Positions 58,089 to 64,000 of a stretch of 64,000 nt of DNA are shown piece by piece. Below the pieces are notes generated by a model, which was given only the letters and a program-made list of their open reading frames with translations, was not told the origin of the DNA and did no database searches. Every line of letters begins with the position of its first letter. Within the stretch, counting starts at the first letter, position 1. The position numbers were made by a program, and so were the translations under genes. Location of the stretch: positions 86,508-150,507 of the forward strand of contig CAYPSA010000002.1 of NCBI GenBank assembly GCA_964413645.1, in the 5' to 3' direction. Source of the stretch: an uncultured Gammaproteobacteria bacterium. GTDB taxonomy: Bacteria > Patescibacteriota > Microgenomatia > UBA1406 > HO2-37-13b.

Positions 58089-59519
58089 ATGAATAGTAAA
58101 ATAAATGCAAAGATTCTGTCGCTATTTATCGCAATTCTTTCATTTTTAGTCCTTTCTTACAAGCTAACCTCATCGTTCATTTTTCACCCTGATTTTGCTC
58201 GTGATGTATTTGATATTACCCGAATTTCACAAGGGAAAATGATGCTCGTCGGTCCAAAACTTACATTTGGAGGAATTTATTCAGGACCATACTACTACTA
58301 TTTATTACTCCCAGTTTTTGCACTGTCAAACTATTCAATCAATGCGTTACTCTATTTCAACACTGCTCTTTTTGCGCTGGCTTTAGGGTTCTTTTTTTAT
58401 GAGCTCTCTAAACGATTCTCCGTCTATAAAAGCATCTTGGGGGTATTGATTATTCTATTTTCGCCCTTTTATTTAATCGCATCTCGTAACCCAAGTAACG
58501 CGTTTACCTACATTCCATTTTTACTAGTACTCATGACAATTCTTTACTTTTATAAAATTTCTAAACCAAGACAATTACTTATACTGGGAATATTTGCAGG
58601 AATTCTCATAACCTTTCATTTAGTTGTTGGTAGCGTAATTCTTTTCACGACTCTTCTCTTACTCACTGATGTTAAAAAAAAACGTGATTTTTTCTGGTAC
58701 TTTCTAGGCTTTCCAATAGCATTTCTCCCACTCATTCTTTTTGAATTTAAACATAATTTCATCATGCTCAAAAATACGTTTGTCGATAAATCATATCTAC
58801 TTTGGATAAAAAATAGCAATATTCCCGATGGAATTACCGGCAAGAAAAATCCAGTAGAAAACTTTATTTTTATTAGTCAAGCAATTCAAAAATTCACCGT
58901 TGCAAGTCCACTTGTATTATTTTTCTTAGCAGGTATAAAACATTTTTTTCGCAAATTTAAAGGAAAAGATAGTCTATTACTGATAAGCAGTTTACTCTCA
59001 TTGGCATTCTTAGCGTTATTTATGCGCTTCCAATTTATTTATCATTACCTATTCGCAACAATTTTGCTTTTACTATTTACTACTGTAATTATTTTTCTTA
59101 GGCAAAAGTGGCACGTATTACTATTTATTCTTCTTGCATTTGAACTAGCCAATATTCCAAAAGAGATTTATGATAAGTCCTGGCGCACGTATCAGGCATT
59201 TGAACAAGCCGTTGACCATGTTCTAGAGAATAAATTACTTCTTAAAGGTGAAAATTTTAATGTAATTCAAGTCACTGAACCTGATTTACTTTCTCCAAAT
59301 GGATTTGAGTATCGATATAATTTGCAACGTAACGGGTTTAAGCCAACATCGGAATTTGAATATAAAACGTCAAGAAAGTTATTAATCTTTAGTGAAAAAC
59401 CAGAATATGATATAAAGAAACTTGACAGTTGGGAATCACGTGAATTTGGCGTGCAACATTTGACAAAAGCTAAAAAATATTCATCAGGAAAAATCACCAT
59501 TTATGTCACAGAAAAATAA
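58089..59519 (+). CDS. polytopic membrane protein, GT-C-like (ArnT/PMT_2-like), tentative
   Basis: 476 aa with a first loop carrying D-rich FHPDFARDVFDI, ~11 TM segments and a ~110-aa soluble C-terminus. Confidence 0.65.
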   Translation: MNSKINAKILSLFIAILSFLVLSYKLTSSFIFHPDFARDVFDITRISQGKMMLVGPKLTFGGIYSGPYYYYLLLPVFALSNYSINALLYFNTALFALALGFFFYELSKRFSVYKSILGVLIILFSPFYLIASRNPSNAFTYIPFLLVLMTILYFYKISKPRQLLILGIFAGILITFHLVVGSVILFTTLLLLTDVKKKRDFFWYFLGFPIAFLPLILFEFKHNFIMLKNTFVDKSYLLWIKNSNIPDGITGKKNPVENFIFISQAIQKFTVASPLVLFFLAGIKHFFRKFKGKDSLLLISSLLSLAFLALFMRFQFIYHYLFATILLLLFTTVIIFLRQKWHVLLFILLAFELANIPKEIYDKSWRTYQAFEQAVDHVLENKLLLKGENFNVIQVTEPDLLSPNGFEYRYNLQRNGFKPTSEFEYKTSRKLLIFSEKPEYDIKKLDSWESREFGVQHLTKAKKYSSGKITIYVTEK

Positions 59520-60345
59520 AAAAGTTAGCATTATAGTTGCGGCATATAACGAGGAAAAACGAATAGAGGAGTGTTTGGCTTCTCTTTCTAAACAGGACTA
59601 CGGATCGTATGAAGTTATCCTCACCGATGACGGATCGTTTGACGACACTGTTTCAATTGCAAAAAAATTTCCGATCAAAATCATAAAGAACAATCATCTG
59701 GGTACTGCAAAAAGTCGTAATAAAGCAGCTTCTCAAGCTACCGGAGAGATTCTTGCTTTTTTGGATGCTGATATGACATTTGAACCCAATTTCCTAAGCA
59801 AACTAGTGCTTCCCATAAACAATGACGAATCAAAAGGAACTTTTTCCAAACTTGAATACGTAAAAAATTGGAACAATCCAATCGCTCGCTTATGGAATTG
59901 GGTTAATAATCCCGAGCTTCCTGATAAATATCGAGTATCGCAAAAAAGTAACACAGGCGAGGATTTCAGAGCACTTTTAGCTTCAGAATTCCATAGAGTC
60001 GGGGGGTTTGACGACACAGGGTATACCGATACGTGGAGTTTGGCAAAAAAGCTTAGCTACAAACCAACGAATGCGGCAGGGGCCATGTATTATCATTACA
60101 ATCCTGAGTCTTACGAGGAGGTCTTACATCAAGCGGCGTGGATAGGGAGACGGACTTACAAATTTGGAATCTTGGGAGACTTGATCGCGTTTGCGCGAGC
60201 AAATCCAGTATCTTCGGTACTCAAAGGAATAGTTCTAATGTTCAAGAAAAAGGAACTGCGAGCAATTCCATTTCAATTACATTATGATGCAGGCATTATG
60301 ACAGGATTACTTTCTCGACTATTCTCGGGGAAACTGAGTAAATAA
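59503..60345 (+). CDS. GT2 glycosyltransferase
   Basis: 280 aa with VSIIVAAYNEEKRIEECLASLSKQDYGSYEVILTDDGSFDDT and FLDADM. Confidence 0.85.
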   Translation: MSQKNKKVSIIVAAYNEEKRIEECLASLSKQDYGSYEVILTDDGSFDDTVSIAKKFPIKIIKNNHLGTAKSRNKAASQATGEILAFLDADMTFEPNFLSKLVLPINNDESKGTFSKLEYVKNWNNPIARLWNWVNNPELPDKYRVSQKSNTGEDFRALLASEFHRVGGFDDTGYTDTWSLAKKLSYKPTNAAGAMYYHYNPESYEEVLHQAAWIGRRTYKFGILGDLIAFARANPVSSVLKGIVLMFKKKELRAIPFQLHYDAGIMTGLLSRLFSGKLSK

Positions 60346-61356
60346 TTATTCCTCCCATCCGTTTGGATGATTTGTATACCAGGTCACGAGAGATCTTACA
60401 CTATCTTCGAGTGAATGCGTTGGTTGCCAGCCTAAAACTGATGTAATTTTTTTATTTGAAGCAACTGCCCGCGACACATCTCCTTTTCTAAGATCGCCCT
60501 CTCCAATTTCGAATTCCTTACCAGTAATTTTTTTAACTGCATTTATAATCTCCAAAACTGAATTTCCAACACCAGTTCCCAAATTAAAAATATCTGACCC
60601 ATCATTTGTTTCTAAATATTGCACTGCCTTTATATGAGCGTTGTTTAAGTCAACCACATTTACATAATCTCGGATTGGTGTTCCATCCGCCGTGTTAACT
60701 TTAGGACATGTCAGCTTAAATTCAGCAATTCCCAAAGCCCCACGAACTGCATTCTGCATTAAATGAAATGAGGGTTTTTTTGAGTCGCCAATACTTCCAT
60801 CATCCGTTGCTCCACACACATTAAAATATCGCAAGAAGATGTATTTAATTCCATAAATTTTGGAATACCAATCTATGACCCGCTCGCTCATATATTTTGA
60901 TTCACTATATGGATGTGATTGTGGACTAATAGGATGTGATTCATCAAAAAATTCTGTTTGAGGTTCACCGTAAATAGAGCATGTGGATGAGAATACGAGT
61001 TTTTTGAGCCCGTGTGCTCTCATTGCCTCCAAAAGCGATACGGTAGTTGCAATATTATTTCCAAAATATAATTCTGGATGCAGCTCCGATTCTCCGACAT
61101 TACAAAATGCAGCGTAGTGAATTACAGTATCAATATTTGGTTCTTTAGAAAAAACTTCGTCCATGCCCGTTCGAATATCGACCTTGTAAAATCTAATTTT
61201 ATTCTCGCCATGTTTTTCTTGCAGAGCTTTCAGAGGACCCGAAAAACCGCGAACATAATTATCAACTCCCACAACTTCATACCCGGCATCTAAAAAAAGG
61301 GAACACGCAACAGATCCAATATAACCGCCAGCTCCGGTGATTAAAATCTTTTTCAT
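60346..61356 (-). CDS. galE: UDP-glucose 4-epimerase
   Basis: Start at MKKILITGAGGYIGSV. Motifs SSTCSIYGEP, YSESKYMSE, LRYFNVCGA, DGTPIRDYVNVVDL. Confidence 0.85.
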   Translation of the reverse strand: MKKILITGAGGYIGSVACSLFLDAGYEVVGVDNYVRGFSGPLKALQEKHGENKIRFYKVDIRTGMDEVFSKEPNIDTVIHYAAFCNVGESELHPELYFGNNIATTVSLLEAMRAHGLKKLVFSSTCSIYGEPQTEFFDESHPISPQSHPYSESKYMSERVIDWYSKIYGIKYIFLRYFNVCGATDDGSIGDSKKPSFHLMQNAVRGALGIAEFKLTCPKVNTADGTPIRDYVNVVDLNNAHIKAVQYLETNDGSDIFNLGTGVGNSVLEIINAVKKITGKEFEIGEGDLRKGDVSRAVASNKKITSVLGWQPTHSLEDSVRSLVTWYTNHPNGWEE

Positions 61357-61379
61357 GGTACTATGATACAATAGATCAC

Positions 61380-61718
61380 ATGAAAAAACCAATCTGTAGT
61401 TTTGACGATTTTATAAAAGCTGATTTACGTGTAGGTCAGGTTACTGCTGCCGAAAATGTTGAAGGATCTGAAAAACTTATCGCACTTACGGTTGATTTTG
61501 GCCAAGACTGGGGAATCGTAGAGATTTTGACAGGACTGCAAGCTTTTTACTCTCCAGAAGATTTTATTAATCAGAAATATGTATTTATTGTGAATTTAGA
61601 ACCGCGAAAAATGATGGGGCGAATGTCAAATGGTATGTTGCTAGCAGCCGATTCTGCCGACAAACCCGTTCCTTTGCAAATGCCTGAAACTGCTCCAATT
61701 GGAAGTTCGGTTGTATAA
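61380..61718 (+). CDS. tRNA-binding domain protein (CsaA/Trbp111-like)
   Basis: 112 aa with FIKADLRVGQVTAAENVEGSEKLIALTVDFG and MSNGMLLAA, as in EMAP-II-like OB-fold tRNA-binding proteins. Confidence 0.85.
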   Translation: MKKPICSFDDFIKADLRVGQVTAAENVEGSEKLIALTVDFGQDWGIVEILTGLQAFYSPEDFINQKYVFIVNLEPRKMMGRMSNGMLLAADSADKPVPLQMPETAPIGSSVV

Positions 61719-61725
61719 CCTCTTT

Positions 61726-61752
61726 GTCATTTCGAGCGTAGCGAGAAATCTC
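61726..61752 (+). repeat. module-B hairpin repeat, covarying variant (GTCATTTCGAGCGTAGCGAGAAATCTC)
   Basis: The outer stem is ATTTC/GAAAT instead of ATTCT/AGAAT (a compensatory double change). It has the same CTTTGTCATT 5' flank as the 17672 copy. Confidence 0.75.
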
Positions 61753-61789
61753 AGCTTGAAATCTACGTTCCGTTTGGTATTCTATACTT

Positions 61790-62545
61790 ATGGATCAACA
61801 AAAAGCTCGAACTTCCTCAGACACTCTCAGCGGAGCTTTGGTACTCGCATTTATCGGCTTGCTTCTCATGCATTTTCTAAATATTCGCGTTCCTGTTTCG
61901 GTTACCACAAGTGCGCAAAGTGGGGAACTAGCTGTAGTAGGAGAAGGAAAAGTTGATATTGTTCCCGATATTGCATATGTAGACCTTGGCATTAATGTTA
62001 ATGGAGTTACTAGTGTACAAGAAGCGCAAAACAAGGTTGATTCAGTAAACAATGCCGTTCTAGTCGCAGTCCAAAAACTAGGAATATCTAAAAGAGATAT
62101 AAAAACAACAAATTACTCAATCAACCCTAACTATGTATATACAGGAGGTCGTGATCAAATAAATGGATACAATGGAAACGCAACAATCACCGTAAAAACA
62201 AATAAAACCGATTTGGTTCCTACTATTATTCAAGTAGCAACGACTGCTGGAGCAAATCAGGTTCAAGGAGCCCGGTTTAGCATTGAAAAACCGGAAAGTT
62301 ACCGCGCACAAGCTCGAAATAAAGCAATCGAGAACGCAAAAGAACAAGCTAAATCACTCGCTTCCGACTTAGGTATTAAACTTGGAAAAGTCACGAATAT
62401 TGTAGAATCTACTGGCGTGGGCGGTGGACCTATACCTGAAATGATGAAAGCGTTGCCGGTTGGTGGTGGTGCCGATACTCCTACAATAGAGCCAGGTACC
62501 CAAACCATTTCTTCGACTGTTACTCTGTATTTTGAGAAAAACTAA
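61790..62545 (+). CDS. SIMPL/DUF541 family periplasmic protein
   Basis: 251 aa with an N-terminal TM/signal, LAVVGEGKVDIVPDIAYVDLGI, NYSINPNY and a C-terminal IEPGTQTISSTVTLYF, typical of SIMPL-domain proteins. Confidence 0.8.
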   Translation: MDQQKARTSSDTLSGALVLAFIGLLLMHFLNIRVPVSVTTSAQSGELAVVGEGKVDIVPDIAYVDLGINVNGVTSVQEAQNKVDSVNNAVLVAVQKLGISKRDIKTTNYSINPNYVYTGGRDQINGYNGNATITVKTNKTDLVPTIIQVATTAGANQVQGARFSIEKPESYRAQARNKAIENAKEQAKSLASDLGIKLGKVTNIVESTGVGGGPIPEMMKALPVGGGADTPTIEPGTQTISSTVTLYFEKN

Positions 62546-62562
62546 TATAGTAAAATATAACA

Positions 62563-63438
62563 ATGAACAAGCTCATTGTTATAACTGGCCAAACAGCAAC
62601 GGGAAAGACTTCTCTTGCCCGCAAACTCGCGTTAGAAAAGAATGGGGAGCTTATTAACGCCGATTCTCGCCAGATATATAAACATCTCGATATTGTTACG
62701 GGTAAAGAGCGATTAGCTGACATTCCCGTATGGCTGTACGACGTTGTAGAGCCTAATACGCCGTTTTCTTCAAGTGAGTATGCCCAACATGCCCGCGAAG
62801 TAATTCAAAAGATTACATCACGTGGAAAAACACCCATTGTAGTCGGCGGCACTTACTTATATATAAAAAATCTGCTATACGGTTTTGAAACAGAATCAAT
62901 CGGACCTGACTGGAATTTGCGTGAGGAGCTAAATAAAGCCTCCCTAGAGGATTTGAAAATGCGACTTATGGATATGAATTATGACGTATTTAATAGTATG
63001 AATAACTCCGATCAGAATAATCCGAGAAGACTTATTAGGAGGATTGAGATACTTTCACACCGAGATCCTTCGGTCGCTGCACTCCCTCAGGATGACAACC
63101 TTACTCGTCATCCCGAATATATTTCGGGATCCCATATAGAGATTATTGGTCTTCGCTTTGCAGATGATGAAAAACTCAGGGCAACCATTGAAAAAAGAGT
63201 TCAATCCCGTATTGCAGAAGGAGCAATCGAGGAGACTCGTAATCTACTTTCCATGGGCTACAAAAAGACCGATCCTGGACTGCAAACTATTGGGTATAAA
63301 CAAATTATTCAGTTTTTAGATGAAGAAATTTCAGAAGAACAAATGATATCTTTTTGGATAACAGCAGAAGTCCAATACGCTAAAAGGCAATACACTTTTA
63401 TGAAAACTAACTCCGCCATTACGTGGCATACTGTCTAG
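62563..63438 (+). CDS. miaA: tRNA dimethylallyltransferase
   Basis: 291 aa with the P-loop VITGQTATGKTSLA, DSRQIYKHLDIVTGK, VVGGTYLYIKNLL, NPRRLIRRIEI. Confidence 0.9.
   Translation: MNKLIVITGQTATGKTSLARKLALEKNGELINADSRQIYKHLDIVTGKERLADIPVWLYDVVEPNTPFSSSEYAQHAREVIQKITSRGKTPIVVGGTYLYIKNLLYGFETESIGPDWNLREELNKASLEDLKMRLMDMNYDVFNSMNNSDQNNPRRLIRRIEILSHRDPSVAALPQDDNLTRHPEYISGSHIEIIGLRFADDEKLRATIEKRVQSRIAEGAIEETRNLLSMGYKKTDPGLQTIGYKQIIQFLDEEISEEQMISFWITAEVQYAKRQYTFMKTNSAITWHTV
63084..63132. repeat. module-B-like hairpin repeats embedded in frame inside miaA
   Basis: GGATGAC (63090-63096)/GTCATCC (63107-63113) and ATCCCGAA (63110-63117)-TATAT-TTCGGGAT (63123-63130). The GTCAT[stem]..[stem]C architecture matches the intergenic repeat family. 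Confidence 0.6.
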
Positions 63439-63695
63439 AGTTATCTTCAACGAAATGTATTGCCCTTTAGCATATCTCTCGATCTTATCGGCAAGCCATG
63501 TGTCCCCAACAGGAAACCCATTGAGCACATCGATCGACAACTGGAGCACACATACTAACAACTGGCGCGCACCAATTCCATGCCATTCCACATAAATACA
63601 TCATAGTGTTTGGTTTAAACTTGTAACAAGTTCAGGGTAATTTTTCCTAGAATAAAAGTCAAGAGGACTAACTATATAAAACCGTACAAACTTTT

Positions 63696-64000
63696 TTACT
63701 TTGTATTTTGCAAACGCTTTAAATCAGCTTCTACCATCATGGTAACCAGTTGTTCAAAGCTTACCTTAGGCTTCCAGCCAAGCTTTTCATGTGCTTTTGT
63801 GGCTTTTCCTTGTAAATAATGTACTTCTGCAGGCCGCATAAATCGTGGATCCATTTTTACGTATTGTTCCCAGCCTTTGATTTCAGCTGCTTCAAAAGCC
63901 GCTTCTACAAATTCTCGCACTGAATGTGCTTCTCCGGTTGCCACTACATAATCGTCAGGCGTTTCTTGTTGCAGCATTAAATACATAGCTTCAACATAAT
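63696..64000 (-). CDS. gmd: GDP-mannose 4,6-dehydratase, C-terminal part (5' end beyond window)
   Basis: YLMLQQETPDDYVVATGEAHSVREFVE...DPRFMRPAEVHYLQGKATKAHEKLGWKPKVSFEQLVTMMVEADL is a near-textbook Gmd C-terminus. The frame stays open to the window edge. Confidence 0.9.
   Translation of the reverse strand, partial: YVEAMYLMLQQETPDDYVVATGEAHSVREFVEAAFEAAEIKGWEQYVKMDPRFMRPAEVHYLQGKATKAHEKLGWKPKVSFEQLVTMMVEADLKRLQNTK

Noticed and set aside
61699-61956. 85-aa plus-strand ORF overlapping the module-B repeat and the SIMPL gene start
   Set aside because: It begins inside the csaA-like 3' end, reads through the repeat, and is out of frame with the well-supported SIMPL gene.
63331-63591. 86-aa minus-strand ORF annotated as a possible gene
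   Set aside because: It overlaps the miaA 3' end by 108 nt and has no start context. It is kept only as a possible remnant (see finding), not as a functional CDS.

Overview
This is an AT-rich, very gene-dense bacterial window. Intergenic space is minimal, many genes overlap at start/stop by 1-17 bp, and TGA, TAA and TAG all act as stops (standard code). The first ~30 kb is mostly housekeeping: a dnaX tail, ybaB-prs-recR, rnj, tRNA-Pro(CGG), a MurF-like/hydrolase/DegT-like/FemX-like operon, cysS, rpsF-ssb-rpsR, S41 and HtrA proteases, hisS, a short prfA, rpmE, gyrB-ppa-gyrA, folD and lepA. It also holds a dockerin-bearing Pro/Thr-linker surface protein. The most unusual unit is a three-gene operon at 13261-16539: a GspS-like/circularly permuted ATP-grasp amidoligase, an AstE/AspA-family deacylase and an M20 dipeptidase. 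Its first ATG directly abuts an intrinsic terminator, which lies in a leader with a 22-codon ORF containing three consecutive Arg codons. From ~30.7 to ~61.4 kb lies a ~30 kb glycan-assembly supercluster. It contains five GT-C-type polytopic membrane glycosyltransferases, seven GT2 enzymes, one GT-B enzyme and two MOP-type flippases. It also encodes FdtA/FdtC/FdtB-like and E1/RfbH-like sugar-nucleotide tailoring enzymes, four SDR epimerase/dehydratases including galE, and a B12-binding radical SAM enzyme next to a small ferredoxin. A higher-GC TIM-barrel-like gene in the cluster is interrupted by an in-frame TAA. The window ends with csaA-like, SIMPL, miaA and a partial gmd. Two patterns cut across the window: (i) operon-first genes carry a -10 box 5-11 nt before the ATG with no Shine-Dalgarno, suggesting leaderless mRNAs; (ii) a dispersed short hairpin repeat family (GTCATTCTGAGCGAAGCGAAGAATCTC and a CCCTGAGCTTGCCGAAGGG module) shows compensatory stem changes. 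One repeat copy supplies the hisS stop and prfA start, and another lies in frame inside miaA. Gene content suggests a Candidate Phyla Radiation/Patescibacteria-type genome: rpsF-ssb-rpsR without rplI, a domain-1-less RF1, and abundant GT-C enzymes. That assignment is inference only. No CRISPR array, rRNA, transposase or integrase was seen.
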